From an uncultured candidatus Porisulfidus sp. (GTDB taxonomy: Bacteria; Pseudomonadota; Gammaproteobacteria; Poriferisulfidales; Poriferisulfidaceae): a stretch of DNA of 64,000 nucleotides. The translations under genes were made by a program, and so were the position numbers. This document shows, in pieces, positions 30,618 through 43,143 of the stretch. The notes beneath the pieces were generated by a model. The model was not told the DNA's origin. It made no database searches and saw only the letters and a program-made list of their open reading frames with translations. How positions within the stretch are numbered: the stretch's first letter is position 1; each line of letters begins with the position of its first letter. The stretch spans positions 1,408,001 through 1,472,000 of the forward strand of contig OZ241993.1 in NCBI GenBank assembly GCA_965204575.1. Reading direction: 5' to 3'.

Positions 30618-31634
30618 ATGAAGGTTTTTTACGACAAGGATGCGGATCTGTCCATCGTGCAGGGATGCACGGTGGCGATCATCGGCTATGGCTCCCAGGG
30701 ACATGCCCACGCCAACAATCTCAAGGACTCCGGGGTCTCGGTCGTGGTCGGGCTTCGGGCCGGTTCTGCCTCCGGGGCGAAAGCGCGCGAAGCCGGGATC
30801 AAGGTCGCCGGAATCGGAGAGGCGACGGCGGCGGCCGACATCGTGATGGTGCTGGCGCCGGATGAGCATCAGGGCGCGCTTTACGCGGAGCAGATCGAAC
30901 CCAATCTCCGCCAGGGCGCCACGCTGGCGTTCGCGCACGGGTTCAACATTCACTTCGAACAAATCCGCCCGCGCGAGGACCTGGATGTGATCATGATCGC
31001 CCCGAAGGGCCCCGGGCACCTGGTGCGCTCCACCTACAGGCAGGGTGGGGGAGTCCCGACCTTGATCGCGGTCTTCCAAGACGCCAGCGGCAAGGCCCGG
31101 GAGACGGCGTTGTCCTATGCCAGCGCCAATGGCGGGGGACGGGCCGGGATCATCGAGACCACGTTCCGCGACGAGACCGAGACCGACCTGTTCGGCGAGC
31201 AGGCCGTGTTGTGCGGCGGCGTGACGGCGCTGATCGAGGCGGGATTCGAAACCCTGATAGAAGCGGGCTACGAACCGGAGATGGCATATTTTGAGTGCCT
31301 GCACGAGCTCAAGCTGATCGTCGATCTGATCTACGAAGGCGGCATCTCCAACATGAACTACTCGGTGTCCAACACGGCCGAATACGGTGGCCTGACTCGC
31401 GGACCAAGAGTGGTCGGGGATCAGGCGCGCGAGGCGATGAAGAAAATCCTGGCGGATGTCCAGAGTGGAGAATTTGCCCGGGAATGGGTGAAGGAAAATG
31501 CGTCCGGGGCAGAGCATCTCCGTCAGTTGCGTGAAGCCAGTCAGGGCCAATCCATCGAAAAGGTCGGAGCGCAATTGCGGGATATGATGCCTTGGATCCG
31601 CGAGCAGCGCCTGGTGGACCGCAGCCGCAACTAG
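30618..31634 (+). CDS. ilvC: ketol-acid reductoisomerase
   Basis: [10 protein letters not shown] and [14 protein letters not shown] motifs. Confidence 0.96.
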   Translation: MKVFYDKDADLSIVQGCTVAIIGYGSQGHAHANNLKDSGVSVVVGLRAGSASGAKAREAGIKVAGIGEATAAADIVMVLAPDEHQGALYAEQIEPNLRQGATLAFAHGFNIHFEQIRPREDLDVIMIAPKGPGHLVRSTYRQGGGVPTLIAVFQDASGKARETALSYASANGGGRAGIIETTFRDETETDLFGEQAVLCGGVTALIEAGFETLIEAGYEPEMAYFECLHELKLIVDLIYEGGISNMNYSVSNTAEYGGLTRGPRVVGDQAREAMKKILADVQSGEFAREWVKENASGAEHLRQLREASQGQSIEKVGAQLRDMMPWIREQRLVDRSRN

Positions 31635-31715
31635 GCACGGGTGCGTCGTGTTAGAATTGGAATACTTGGGCAGTGTGCCCGGTGACCAATACTCTGGCAA
31701 CTCTGGAGGAAAAAG

Positions 31716-31796
31716 ATGATAGGCAACCTCGTGTCGATGGTCGTGTTTTGGGCGATATACGCATTGCTCGCGTGGTGCATCGTCAACTTCGTCTAA
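31716..31796 (+). CDS. putative 26-aa hydrophobic small protein
   Basis: GGAGG RBS; MIGNLVSMVVFWAIYALLAWCIVNFV. Confidence 0.5.
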   Translation: MIGNLVSMVVFWAIYALLAWCIVNFV

Positions 31797-31863
31797 GCCA
31801 AAGCCGAATACTCGTGTCGCGGCGGTTCCACGCCGCGACGTCACTTCTTAAAAACTCCGTCCC

Positions 31864-32628
31864 GTGAAGGGCCCCCGCCGTTATCGCCGCAGCATTTACC
31901 TGCTGCCGAGCCTGTTGACCACGGTGGCGATGTTCGCCGGATTCTCGGCGGTGATCTTTGCCTTCGATCAGCGTTTTGAGTCCGCCGCGTTGGCTATCTT
32001 CGTGGCGATGGTCTTCGATGCACTGGATGGACGGGTCGCCCGCCTGACGGACACGGCCAGCGAATTCGGCCTGCATTACGACAGCCTGAGCGACATGCTC
32101 GCATTTGGCGTGGCGCCCGCACTGGTGCTGTACGAATGGAGCTTGCAGTTCATGCAGCCGGTCGGCAGTGAGTGGGCGAAGCTCGGCTGGCTGGGGGCTT
32201 TCTTCTACATGGCGGCGGTCGGCTTGCGATTGGCGCGCTTCAACACGCACGCCCACTCCCAGGACCGGGCCTTTTTCCGTGGCCTGCCGAGCCCGGCGGC
32301 GGCAGGGACCCTGATGGCGGGCATGTGGGTTGCCGACAGTTACGGCTACGCCGGCACTGAACTCAAGGAGGTGGCGTTGGCGGCGACCCTGCTGATCGCC
32401 GTTTTGCTGGTCAGCCGGTTCAGCTACTACAGCTTCAAGGAAACCCGGCCCAAGTTCCGTGTCGGCCTGATCACCTGGCTGGCCATCTTGGGAGCACTGC
32501 TGCTGTTTTCGATCCACCCGCCAAACGTATTGCTGCTGCTGTTCGGCGGCTATGCACTGTCCGGGCCAATGCTGTATCTGGTCCGATTGCGCCGCCGCGG
32601 AGGACGCCGCAGCGAACCTCAATCCTGA
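31864..32628 (+). CDS. pssA: CDP-diacylglycerol--serine O-phosphatidyltransferase
   Basis: DALDGRVAR...DSLSD CDP-alcohol motif; RLARFN. Confidence 0.92.
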   Translation: MKGPRRYRRSIYLLPSLLTTVAMFAGFSAVIFAFDQRFESAALAIFVAMVFDALDGRVARLTDTASEFGLHYDSLSDMLAFGVAPALVLYEWSLQFMQPVGSEWAKLGWLGAFFYMAAVGLRLARFNTHAHSQDRAFFRGLPSPAAAGTLMAGMWVADSYGYAGTELKEVALAATLLIAVLLVSRFSYYSFKETRPKFRVGLITWLAILGALLLFSIHPPNVLLLLFGGYALSGPMLYLVRLRRRGGRRSEPQS

Positions 32629-33128
32629 GGCTCGGGTTTTCGAGGGGTTCTGGCAAGCGCCCGGGGGGCGACCAGGATGCCGTCCGGGTCGGCGCAGACC
32701 CAATGTCCGGGGGTGAAGTCGATTCCGGCAAAATGGACCGGAACATCGCGATCCCCGATTCCCCGCTTCACGCTTTTCAAGGGATTCGTGTCCAGCGCCT
32801 TGACACCGATCTGGATGGTGGCGATGACCGCAGAGTCGCGGATACAGCCATTGACAATGACGCCGGCCCACTGGTGTTCATGCGCCATGGCGGCGAGGAT
32901 GTCGCCGAGCAATGCGCACTGCATGGAGGCGGAGCCGTCCACGACCAAGACGCGGCCGTTCCCTTCCTCTTCCAGTGCTTCCCGGACTTTCGAGTTGTCG
33001 TTCTGGCAACTGACCGTGGAAATCGGACCTGCGAATGCGGGGAGCCCCCCGTAATCGCGAAATCCCGGTTCGGCGATCCGGACTTCATCCGGGTACTGGT
33101 CGGAAATGTCGGCAGTGGCGAGCGTCAT
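32619..33128 (-). CDS. rraA: RraA-family protein
   Basis: TADISD, DNSKVR, VLVVDG, GCIRD motifs. Confidence 0.9.
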   Translation of the reverse strand: MTLATADISDQYPDEVRIAEPGFRDYGGLPAFAGPISTVSCQNDNSKVREALEEEGNGRVLVVDGSASMQCALLGDILAAMAHEHQWAGVIVNGCIRDSAVIATIQIGVKALDTNPLKSVKRGIGDRDVPVHFAGIDFTPGHWVCADPDGILVAPRALARTPRKPEPQD

Positions 33129-33254
33129 GAGAAGGCTCCTTGAATCTGAGGGATGGGGATTTATCTTCGCGAGGTTGCCATTGTAGGGCAAGGGTATTTG
33201 GCTTCTGGTTCCGTTTTGGGCATTGGGGCGACATTTCAGCGGCAATTGGGCAAT

Positions 33255-33273
33255 TGATCCCAATATGGGATCA
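33255..33273. promoter_or_regulatory. probable HigA operator
   Basis: TGATCCCA-ata-TGGGATCA perfect palindrome upstream of higB. Confidence 0.7.
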
Positions 33274-33290
33274 TGCTAACATTGCCGGGC

Positions 33291-33593
33291 ATGAGGGTTA
33301 TTGCGCTGGCAACGTTGAGAGGGTTTCTGAATGCTGCACCAGCGTATGCCGACGCACGCGAGCCGGTCATGGCATGGTATCGGGAAGTCAAGGCCGCGGA
33401 TTGGAAGAAACCATCCGAGATCAAACAGGATTTCCGCAGCGCCAGCATCCTCAAAGATGGAAGAGTGGTGTTCAATATTGCGGGAAACAAGTATCGGATC
33501 GTGGTGTGGATCAATTACCCGTACCGGGTCGTGTACATCCGGTTTATTGGAACCCACAAAATGTACGATGCCATTGACGCGCAATCGATTTGA
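33291..33593 (+). CDS. higB: HigB toxin
   Basis: MRVIA, VFNIAGNKYR, FIGTH..YD motifs. Confidence 0.9.
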   Translation: MRVIALATLRGFLNAAPAYADAREPVMAWYREVKAADWKKPSEIKQDFRSASILKDGRVVFNIAGNKYRIVVWINYPYRVVYIRFIGTHKMYDAIDAQSI

Positions 33594-33601
33594 GGCAAAA
33601 A

Positions 33602-33982
33602 ATGGAAATTGCACCGATCAAAACGAAACGCGATTACCTTCGCACGCTCAAGGAAATTGAGGGTCTAATGACGGCCAAGCGCAATACGCCGGAAGGGGAT
33701 CGCCTAGATGTCCTCGTGACACTCGTCGAAGCCTGGGAAACCAGAAATTATCCCCTCGACCTGCCCGATCCTGTTGCTGCTATCCGGCACCATATGGAGC
33801 AAAACGGGCTGGCGCCGAAAGACCTGGTTCCGTACATCGGTGGGCGCAACCGGGTTTACGAGGTATTGAACCGGAAGCGGGCATTGAGTCTCAAAATGAT
33901 TTGGCGGCTGCACAAAGGGCTTGGGATTCCTGCGGAATCGCTGATTAAGTTTGACCATGACGTGACGCAGGCCGCAGGCTGA
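33602..33982 (+). CDS. higA: HigA antitoxin
   Basis: PIKT..DY, PDPV.AI and C-terminal HTH. Confidence 0.9.
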   Translation: MEIAPIKTKRDYLRTLKEIEGLMTAKRNTPEGDRLDVLVTLVEAWETRNYPLDLPDPVAAIRHHMEQNGLAPKDLVPYIGGRNRVYEVLNRKRALSLKMIWRLHKGLGIPAESLIKFDHDVTQAAG

Positions 33983-34046
33983 CAGCGTAGTTTCAGTTGG
34001 GGAAGCTGCCCCGCCAGACTGCTAGGGCTGGAAAAACAGCACCGGT

Positions 34047-34535
34047 TTAGCGCAGCCCGATTGTCGACAACTCTTTCTGTAAATCCGATGAGTCGAGAGT
34101 CTCTAGCGGCAGGTCCAGCAGGGCCTTGACGCGAGATTCCAGATGGTCTCGAACCTCTCGGAAACAGCCAAGGGTTTCCTCTTCGCTTCCAGCGAAGGTG
34201 TAAGGATCTCGAGTCCCCCAATGCGCCCGGATGACGGAACCGGGAAACCAGGGACAGGTTTCGCCTGCTGCGGAGTCGCAAAGGGTCAGGATCGAATTAA
34301 AAGGTTGGCCGGCGAATTCGTCCCAGGACTTGCTGCGTGCATCACTTGCATCGATGCCGAGCTCAGCCAGCACTTTCAGGGCCAGGGGATGGACAACTCC
34401 GGCAGGATGACTGCCGGCGCTGCATGCGCGGACGCGATCGCTGCCATGGTGGGAGAGAAGGGCCTCCGCCATGATGCTGCGGCACATGTTTCCCGTACAA
34501 ACGAACAGGACAGAAAAAGGGGAATTCGTTTTCAA
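34047..34535 (-). CDS. arsC: arsenate reductase / LMW-PTP family protein
   Basis: CTGNMCRS P-loop; SKSWDEF; additional cysteine pair. Confidence 0.8.
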   Translation of the reverse strand: MKTNSPFSVLFVCTGNMCRSIMAEALLSHHGSDRVRACSAGSHPAGVVHPLALKVLAELGIDASDARSKSWDEFAGQPFNSILTLCDSAAGETCPWFPGSVIRAHWGTRDPYTFAGSEEETLGCFREVRDHLESRVKALLDLPLETLDSSDLQKELSTIGLR

Positions 34536-35902
34536 AACGGAAGATCCAGTTCCGAGTCCACGGCAAGCATTTGGCTCCGAAACTCGCCCTGGATCCGCTT
34601 AATGACGTCCGGGGTCGTGCCTTCGAAGCGGGTCACCACATACGGCGTTGTATTGGAGGCCCGAGCCAGTCCGAACCCGTCATCGAAATCTGCACGGACG
34701 CCATCAATCCGGGTCAAACGGGCTCCAGGGAATTCGGCGCGGGCCGAAAACTTCTCGATAAACCGGTGCTGGTCGCCGTCGATTTCAAACGGGATGTTGA
34801 TTTCCGGCGTGACGCAGGCTTGGGGCAGGGCGGCAAAGACCGTACTGGCAGGTTCTCCCTTTTCGGCCAGAATCTGCAGCAGCCGGGCAGCGGCATAAAT
34901 GCCGTCGTCGAACCCGTACCAGCGCTCTCGGAAGAACAGGTGCCCACTCATCTCGCCCGCAAGGGCGGCTTGGGTTTCGTGCATCTTCGCCTTGATGAAC
35001 GAATGACCGGTTCGAGCCATCACTGGCGCACCGCCGGACTCTTCGATGACCCGCGGCAGCAGGCTGGAGCACTTGACGTCGAACACCACGGTGGCGCCCG
35101 GTTCACGCTTGAGCACGTCGGCGGCATGAACCATCAACTGTCGGTCCGCCCACAGGACCTCTCCTTCGTCGTCGACCACACCGCAGCGGTCGCCGTCGCC
35201 ATCCAGCGCTATGCCTATCTCCAGCCCGTCTTGCAGCACGCGAGCCTTCAGGTCTTGCAGGTTCTTCGCATCGCTTGGATTGGGGTGATGGTTTGGGAAA
35301 TTGCCGTCCACGTCGCAGTACAGTTCTGTCACATCCGCTCCACAGGCGCGCAATACTTGAACGGCGATGGGGCCGGCGACGCCGTTGCCGGCATCCAGTG
35401 CGACGCGCATCGGCCGAGTCAGCTGGACATCTTCGGCGATTCGCTTGACGTAGGCTTCCGACACGTCCTTCTCGATCTGATTCCCTCCGCCTGGGCAGGG
35501 CAGGTCTTGCAGCATGCGCGCGCGCAGAGCCTGGATGTCGTTGCCCGCAAGCGTATGGCCTTGCAGAACCATCTTGAATCCGTTGTATTCGGGGGGATTG
35601 TGGCTTCCAGTCACCATGACGCCGGATCCATGACCGAGTTCGTGGGTCGCGAAATACAGGGCCGGGGTGGGCACTTGCCCGACATCGTGCACGGTGATGC
35701 CGGCATCGGACAAGCCTTTGATCAAGGCTGAGGCCAAGGCATCGCTTGAATGGCGCCCGTCACGGCCGACGGCTATTTCCCGGGCTCCCGGGTATTCGGC
35801 CGATATAGCCCGGCCGAGTTGCCGCGCGAAAGCCTCCGAAAGTTCGCTGCCGGCAATGCCCCGGATGTCGTAGGCTCGGAAAATGTGCTCAGGGATCGTC
35901 AT
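34532..35902 (-). CDS. phosphomannomutase/phosphoglucomutase
   Basis: [26 protein letters not shown] motifs. Confidence 0.94.
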   Translation of the reverse strand: MTIPEHIFRAYDIRGIAGSELSEAFARQLGRAISAEYPGAREIAVGRDGRHSSDALASALIKGLSDAGITVHDVGQVPTPALYFATHELGHGSGVMVTGSHNPPEYNGFKMVLQGHTLAGNDIQALRARMLQDLPCPGGGNQIEKDVSEAYVKRIAEDVQLTRPMRVALDAGNGVAGPIAVQVLRACGADVTELYCDVDGNFPNHHPNPSDAKNLQDLKARVLQDGLEIGIALDGDGDRCGVVDDEGEVLWADRQLMVHAADVLKREPGATVVFDVKCSSLLPRVIEESGGAPVMARTGHSFIKAKMHETQAALAGEMSGHLFFRERWYGFDDGIYAAARLLQILAEKGEPASTVFAALPQACVTPEINIPFEIDGDQHRFIEKFSARAEFPGARLTRIDGVRADFDDGFGLARASNTTPYVVTRFEGTTPDVIKRIQGEFRSQMLAVDSELDLPF

Positions 35903-36354
35903 TCTTTGCCAGTATGTCCAAACCCGCCGGCACCCCGTGCGCTTTGCGGGAATTCCTCGACAATTTTAAATTCGACTTGTTGCACGGGTACGACGACTAA
36001 TTGCGCGATACGTTCGCCGACTTCAATGGTAAAAGTGTCGCGCCCGCGATTCCAGCACGAGATCATGATTTCTCCCTGGTAGTCGGAGTCGATCAGTCCG
36101 ACCAAGTTGCCGAGCACGATGCCGTGCTTGTGGCCGAGTCCGGAACGCGGCAGGATCAGCGCGGCGTAGCCGGGGTCTGCGATGTGGACAGCGAATCCGG
36201 CCGGAACCAATTCGGACTGGCCGGGTTCGAGCGTCAGGGGTTCCTGCAGGCAGGCGCGAAGGTCCAGCCCGGCCGAGCCTTCGGTCGCGTGGGTCGGAAG
36301 CTCGATGGAATCGCCGAGCCGTCTATCGAGAATGCGTAGTTCGACGGGCAGCAT
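35899..36354 (-). CDS. dut: dUTPase
   Basis: [28 protein letters not shown] motifs. Confidence 0.96.
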   Translation of the reverse strand: MLPVELRILDRRLGDSIELPTHATEGSAGLDLRACLQEPLTLEPGQSELVPAGFAVHIADPGYAALILPRSGLGHKHGIVLGNLVGLIDSDYQGEIMISCWNRGRDTFTIEVGERIAQLVVVPVQQVEFKIVEEFPQSARGAGGFGHTGKE

Positions 36355-37567
36355 GGGAGAAGTCGACTACCGAGGAGGCGGGGGACAGTCGCGCTGCAAT
36401 GTGATCGACCAATTGCCGCGCCAAAGTGCTCTTGGAGTCCGGGCCGAATCGCACGGCGGAATCGGCATCCACCACCTCAAGCATCGTTTCTGTTTCTCCG
36501 AACCCGTCATCCGGTCCGATCCGGTTGGCGACCATGAGGTCGGCGTTCTTGGCGCGCAGCTTGGTGCGGGCGTTCTCTTCCAGGTTTTCGGTTTCCGCTG
36601 CAAATCCCACGAGAAACGGCCGGGGCTCCTTTTGCCCGAGAGTGGCCAGGATGTCGGGAGTGGGTTCCAGTTCCAAAGTTCGCGGCTCTTGAGATTTCCG
36701 GGTTTTCCGGCCGGTGATTTCCCGGGGACGCCAGTCCGCGACCGCGGCATTCGCGACCAGCAACTGACAGTCGCCCACATGCGCCATTACTGCGTCCAGC
36801 ATTTCGGCGGCAGTCGTAACCGCCACGCAATCAGCATCCGGTGGCAACGGGATGTCGATCGGGCCATGAATCAGGGTGACCTGGGCGCCGCGCTCCAGCA
36901 AGGCGTCGACGATCGCGCAGCCCATTCGACCAGTGCTGAAGTTGCTGATGAAGCGGGCGGGATCAATCGGCTCCCGGGTCGGCCCCGCCGTGACGACGGC
37001 GTGCACGCCCTTCAGTGCTGAATCCGTACCGAGTTCTTCGATGGCGGCTCGCAAATATTCCGGATCGGGCAGGCGGCCCGGCCCGGTCTCGCCGCACGCC
37101 TGTTCGCCGACGTCCGGGCTGATGACTTGGATTCCACGCTCGGTGAGGGCATGGACATGTTCTTGGGTTGCGGGGTTTTCCCACATCGCCGCGTTCATGG
37201 CTGGCGCGACCAGGATCGGGGCGCGCGTGGCCAGGCACAGGGTCATCAGGAGATCGTCGGCCAAGCCGCCCGCAAGCTTGGCCAGGCAGTGGGCGGAGGC
37301 CGGCGCGATGACCACGGCATCCGCCCATCGGGCCAACTCGATGTGGCTCATCGACATCTCCGCCTCGCGGTCGAACAATGCGGTGCGCACGGGCCTGTGG
37401 CTGATCGCCTCGAATGTCATGGCACCGACGAACTGCTCCGCCGCCGGGCTCATGACGACCTGCACCTCGGCGCCGTCCCGGATCAGCAGGCGCACCAGTT
37501 CGCAGGCCTTGTAGGCGGCGATGCTGCCGGTGATGCCGAGCAGCACTTTCCTGTATCTAAGCGTCAT
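36323..37567 (-). CDS. coaBC: phosphopantothenoylcysteine decarboxylase/ligase
   Basis: GSIAAYK, PAMN and [11 protein letters not shown] motifs. Confidence 0.95.
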   Translation of the reverse strand: MTLRYRKVLLGITGSIAAYKACELVRLLIRDGAEVQVVMSPAAEQFVGAMTFEAISHRPVRTALFDREAEMSMSHIELARWADAVVIAPASAHCLAKLAGGLADDLLMTLCLATRAPILVAPAMNAAMWENPATQEHVHALTERGIQVISPDVGEQACGETGPGRLPDPEYLRAAIEELGTDSALKGVHAVVTAGPTREPIDPARFISNFSTGRMGCAIVDALLERGAQVTLIHGPIDIPLPPDADCVAVTTAAEMLDAVMAHVGDCQLLVANAAVADWRPREITGRKTRKSQEPRTLELEPTPDILATLGQKEPRPFLVGFAAETENLEENARTKLRAKNADLMVANRIGPDDGFGETETMLEVVDADSAVRFGPDSKSTLARQLVDHIAARLSPASSVVDFSHAARRTTHSR

Positions 37568-38712
37568 CCTTTCAGTTTAGCAGGGCAACAGGCGGCGAGC
37601 GCTTCGCTGAACTGCTCGATTTGCTCGCGTGTGTGGCGGGCCGACAAGGTGATGCGCAGCCGGGAAGTGCCTTCAGGCACGGTGGGAGGGCGGATGGCGC
37701 AGACGGCGAAATCCTGTTCCGATAGGGAGCGGCTGGCCGCGAGCGCGGATTCCGGGTCATTCAGGATCAGGGGTTGGATGGCGGTACGCGATGGCTGCAA
37801 TGGCAATTCGTGTTGCTCCGCACATTGAAGGAAGTATTCAATGTTGTCGCGTAAGCGTGCCCGGTGCTCCGGTTCGTTAATCAGCAGTTGCAGGGCTTGA
37901 TCCGCGGCCGCCGCGAGTGGCGGGGCCAGTGCGGTGCTGTAGCCATAACTGCGGGCGTACTGGAGGAGATGCTCGATCAGGTCGGCGGGTCCGGCGACGA
38001 AACCGCCTTGGGCGCCCAGCGCCTTGCCCAAGGTTCCCACTAGCAGTGGAACTTCTACTTGCGAAAGCCTGGTCTCTTCGAGTAACCCGCCTCCGTGGGC
38101 CCCCAGCACGCCAATGCCGTGGGCGTCGTCGCATAGCAGCAAAGCATCATGCGCGCGAGCGGCGGCGGCCAACTCGGTCACCGGCGCGGTATCGCCGTCC
38201 ATGCTGAATACGCCGTCGGTCAAAATCAGCTGGGCCTGGTGTTCCTGCAGCAGCCGGGCCGCGTCGGCGGCGTCGGCATGTCGATAACGCAGGCACCGGG
38301 CGCGTGACAGGCGAGCGGCGTCCAGCAGCGAGGCGTGGTTCAGGCGATCTTCGACAAGAGTGTCGCCGCGCTCGGCCAGCGCCTGCACGGTTCCGAGGTT
38401 GGTGAGATAGCCGGCGCTGAATACCAACGCCCGGTCGCGCCCGGTAAAGGCGGCGAGGCGTTCCTCCAGCAACTGGTGGATCTCGGTGTAGCCGGTGATC
38501 AGCGGCGAGGCGCCCGCGCCCGCACCGTAGCGCTTGGCCGCAGACGCCATTGCCTCGCAAACCCGGGGATCGCGACTCAGCCCAAGGTAATCGTTGTCGC
38601 ACCAGATTGATTGGGGGCGGCCGTCCAGGGAGACGCTATCGGCATCGGCTGCCCCGCGCAGGATTCGCTGCCGCCGCAGAATCGCCGGGCGCGGGCGGCG
38701 CCAGTCCTTCAT
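37564..38712 (-). CDS. bioF: 8-amino-7-oxononanoate synthase
   Basis: NDYLGL, DDAH, TLGKA, IRPPTVP motifs. Confidence 0.93.
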   Translation of the reverse strand: MKDWRRPRPAILRRQRILRGAADADSVSLDGRPQSIWCDNDYLGLSRDPRVCEAMASAAKRYGAGAGASPLITGYTEIHQLLEERLAAFTGRDRALVFSAGYLTNLGTVQALAERGDTLVEDRLNHASLLDAARLSRARCLRYRHADAADAARLLQEHQAQLILTDGVFSMDGDTAPVTELAAAARAHDALLLCDDAHGIGVLGAHGGGLLEETRLSQVEVPLLVGTLGKALGAQGGFVAGPADLIEHLLQYARSYGYSTALAPPLAAAADQALQLLINEPEHRARLRDNIEYFLQCAEQHELPLQPSRTAIQPLILNDPESALAASRSLSEQDFAVCAIRPPTVPEGTSRLRITLSARHTREQIEQFSEALAACCPAKLKG

Positions 38713-38719
38713 GGGAGGC

Positions 38720-39688
38720 TCAGGGGGCCGAAGAAGGGTTTTGTTGCGCCGTCAGGCCTAGGCGGGAGAACAGCGCCTGGTCGCGGGCGGTGTCGGGATT
38801 GGGCGTCGTCAGGAGAATCTCGCCGTAGAAGATAGAGTTGGCTCCGGCTACAAAGCACAATGCCTGCAACTCGTCGCTCATGTCTTCGCGCCCTGCAGAC
38901 AGGCGGACCATGGAGTGGGGCATGGTGATCCGCGCCGCCGCAATGGTACGCACGAACTCGAGCGGGTCCAGGGCTTCCGCTTCGCCCAAGGGGGTTCCCG
39001 ATACTCGTATCAGGAGATTGATCGGGACCGATTCCGGATGTGGGTCCTGAGTGGCGAGCTGGGTCAAAAGCCCGGCTCGGTCTTTCCGAGACTCACCCAT
39101 CCCGAGGATGCCGCCGCAACATACCCGGATGCCGGAGTCTCGGACATGCTGCAACGTGTCTAGGCGGTCCTGATAGGTTCGGGTGGTGATGATCTCGCCG
39201 TAGAACTCCGGCGAGGTATCCAGGTTGTGGTTGTAGTAGTCGAGGCCGCAGTCCGCGAGACGTTTTGCTTGTTCATGGCTCAGCATTCCCAGCGTCACGC
39301 AGGTCTCAAGTCCCTGTTCGCGCACCACCTCGATCATTTGCACCACACCGTCCAGATCACGGTCGGTTGGCGAACGCCAGGCTGCGCCCATGCAGAACCG
39401 GGTTGCGCCACTGTCTACCGCATGGCGGGCAGCCTCCCGGACCGTATCCAGATCCAGCAGTTTTTCCCGATCCAGCCCGGTCTGGTAATGCGCGCTCTGC
39501 GGGCAATAGGCGCAATCTTCCGGGCAGCCGCCGGTCTTGATTGACAGCAGGGTGCTGATCTGCACCTGGTTGGGATCATGGCAGGCACGATGGATGGTTT
39601 GCGCCTGATGAATCAGGTCGCTGAACGGGCGATTCAGAAGATCGCGGACTTCAGCGAGAGTCCAGTCGTGACGGGCGGCGTGGGACAT
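38720..39688 (-). CDS. bioB: biotin synthase
   Basis: [11 protein letters not shown] and YNHNLDTS motifs. Confidence 0.96.
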   Translation of the reverse strand: MSHAARHDWTLAEVRDLLNRPFSDLIHQAQTIHRACHDPNQVQISTLLSIKTGGCPEDCAYCPQSAHYQTGLDREKLLDLDTVREAARHAVDSGATRFCMGAAWRSPTDRDLDGVVQMIEVVREQGLETCVTLGMLSHEQAKRLADCGLDYYNHNLDTSPEFYGEIITTRTYQDRLDTLQHVRDSGIRVCCGGILGMGESRKDRAGLLTQLATQDPHPESVPINLLIRVSGTPLGEAEALDPLEFVRTIAAARITMPHSMVRLSAGREDMSDELQALCFVAGANSIFYGEILLTTPNPDTARDQALFSRLGLTAQQNPSSAP

Positions 39689-39720
39689 GTGCAGGGGCGC
39701 CAGTGTCTGATTCCTTCCCA

Positions 39721-40644
39721 TCAGAATGCTGTGGCAGAGGCGTGTCGAATCATTTTGCCGTGTGTGCTGCAATGCGGGTTAGCCTTCCCAATAATTGAAT
39801 AGGCTCTTTTTGCCAGTTCTGCCAAAACGTCCGATTGCGATTCAATGCTGTTTTTAGTCAAGCGTAAGCGGTAGAACGCTCCATCATGTCCGTCTGTGTC
39901 GAAATCAGCTTCACTGATAATATTGTCAACTTCTTCGGTTTGAGGCAGAAGTATAAACAGTTTGAGTCCGGATTTCTGCGGGCGGAGCCGAAAAAAATTC
40001 TGAACCGTTCCATCTTTTTCTAATCCTATATAGTGCTTGTTGTATTTTAATTTCACAGCCTCATCCATGCCGCGGATAATCTCCAGAACCTGATCAGCCA
40101 AATCCACGGTTTCTTTTGTGGCTCGCTTCTCCCAATACGGACGGTCTGTCGGTTCAGCATAGCTATCGTCGTCGGTCACATCTCGTAATAGTTCATCGAC
40201 TACTTTAGTGAAGACCAAGGTTACCTTGTCCCCGACCTTTATGGCCTGCATTTGAATTGCAATAATAGGTATTGCGCTGTTGAAAAGCGAGATAACATTT
40301 AGGAACCGGCTTGTGACATCTTCCGCGACGAGAACCGCGCAATGGTCGTATTGTGGATAACGTTTTTGCTCTATATCCCAATATTCAAGGGTTCGGATGA
40401 TGTGGGATGCGTCTGTTGCCCCAAGCTGAAGTTCGACTACGTAGCGCCGATCTGTGCTTGGATCCTGAAGCAAAAGATCGAGTCGGCCCGCACGAGGCTG
40501 CCGTTTCTCTCTGCGCCTGAGCTCAAGGTCGCCAAGTAACAGGATAGAAGGGTCTTCGGCGATATGGGTTTGCACCCAGTTCTCATCGTACTCAGGGTGA
40601 TTCTTTAACTTTACATGAACTGGTTTAACGTAAGGTTCGCTCAT
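39721..40644 (-). CDS. NucS-like PD-(D/E)xK nuclease-domain protein, low GC
   Basis: GRLDLL...VVELQ...HIIRTLEYW; AT-richer than its neighbours. Confidence 0.65.
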   Translation of the reverse strand: MSEPYVKPVHVKLKNHPEYDENWVQTHIAEDPSILLLGDLELRRREKRQPRAGRLDLLLQDPSTDRRYVVELQLGATDASHIIRTLEYWDIEQKRYPQYDHCAVLVAEDVTSRFLNVISLFNSAIPIIAIQMQAIKVGDKVTLVFTKVVDELLRDVTDDDSYAEPTDRPYWEKRATKETVDLADQVLEIIRGMDEAVKLKYNKHYIGLEKDGTVQNFFRLRPQKSGLKLFILLPQTEEVDNIISEADFDTDGHDGAFYRLRLTKNSIESQSDVLAELAKRAYSIIGKANPHCSTHGKMIRHASATAF

Positions 40645-40717
40645 CGTTCTAGCAGAGATATATAGAGTCTACATTATAGTGAACAAGAACCATGGCGGTT
40701 GATTGAGTGAACTGGCC

Positions 40718-41605
40718 TCACGAGCCAGTCAGGGCCAGGGCAATGCCTGCCCAGATCGCCGCCCCGACCCAGACGTTATCGTTGAAAGCCCAGAAGCAGG
40801 CCTTCGGATCCCGGTCGCGGACTCGCCAAATCTGATTGGCGACCAGTGCGAGGGCTATCGCCAGCCCGCTGTAGTAGGCGGGAGGCAGGGAGAGCCGAAT
40901 TCCGAGCAGTAACATCGTCAACAGGAACAATCCTTGCAGCAACGCCACCATGAACAGGTCGGCGGAGCCGAACAAGATGGCGGTGGACCGGTTGCCGGCC
41001 GCCAGGTCTTCCTCCCGATCCGCCATGGCGTACAGCGTGTCGTAGGCGACCACCCACAGCACGGTGGCAAGGAACGCAAGCCACCCCCAGGCTTCCGGCC
41101 AGTCTCCGGTGTATGCGCTGATGGCCATCGGCACGGCCCACGCGAAGCTGAATCCGAGATGAAGTTGCGGCAGGTGATGCCACCGCTTGGCGAATGGATA
41201 AGTGGCAGCCAGAAGGACGGCCGGCACGGCCAGCGCCAGGGTCAGCGGGGGTAGCATCAGGGCTAATCCAAGCGCGCCGGCGAGTAGGGCCGCGGTCACC
41301 CCCAGCGCTTCACGAGGCGGGATCTCTCCGCGCGCCAGCGGGCGGTTGCGGGTCCGCTCGACCTGCCGGTCCAATTCCCGGTCCGCGTAGTCGTTGATGG
41401 CGCACCCGGCCGAGCGCATCAGGACCACCCCGGTGATGAAGATCAGCAGCAGCCGGGTCGCCGGGAGGCCGCCTGAGACCAGCCACAGGCTCCACAGGGT
41501 CGGCCACAGCAGCAGCCAGATTCCGACCGGGCGGTCCAGCCGGATCAGCCGGGCGTAGATTCCGAGCCGGTTTTGCAGGGCGGAAAGGGACGGGGAAGCC
41601 GACAT
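40718..41605 (-). CDS. ubiA: 4-hydroxybenzoate polyprenyltransferase
   Basis: RLDRPVG.WLL, NDYADR..D..V.RT..RP, YDTLYA motifs. Confidence 0.94.
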   Translation of the reverse strand: MSASPSLSALQNRLGIYARLIRLDRPVGIWLLLWPTLWSLWLVSGGLPATRLLLIFITGVVLMRSAGCAINDYADRELDRQVERTRNRPLARGEIPPREALGVTAALLAGALGLALMLPPLTLALAVPAVLLAATYPFAKRWHHLPQLHLGFSFAWAVPMAISAYTGDWPEAWGWLAFLATVLWVVAYDTLYAMADREEDLAAGNRSTAILFGSADLFMVALLQGLFLLTMLLLGIRLSLPPAYYSGLAIALALVANQIWRVRDRDPKACFWAFNDNVWVGAAIWAGIALALTGS

Positions 41606-41661
41606 TAATTTGGCACTTTTAAGGTCGATGCATTATGATAGTGTATGGACATTCTCAATAG

Positions 41662-43140
<1,479 letters not shown>

Positions 43141-43143
43141 TCC

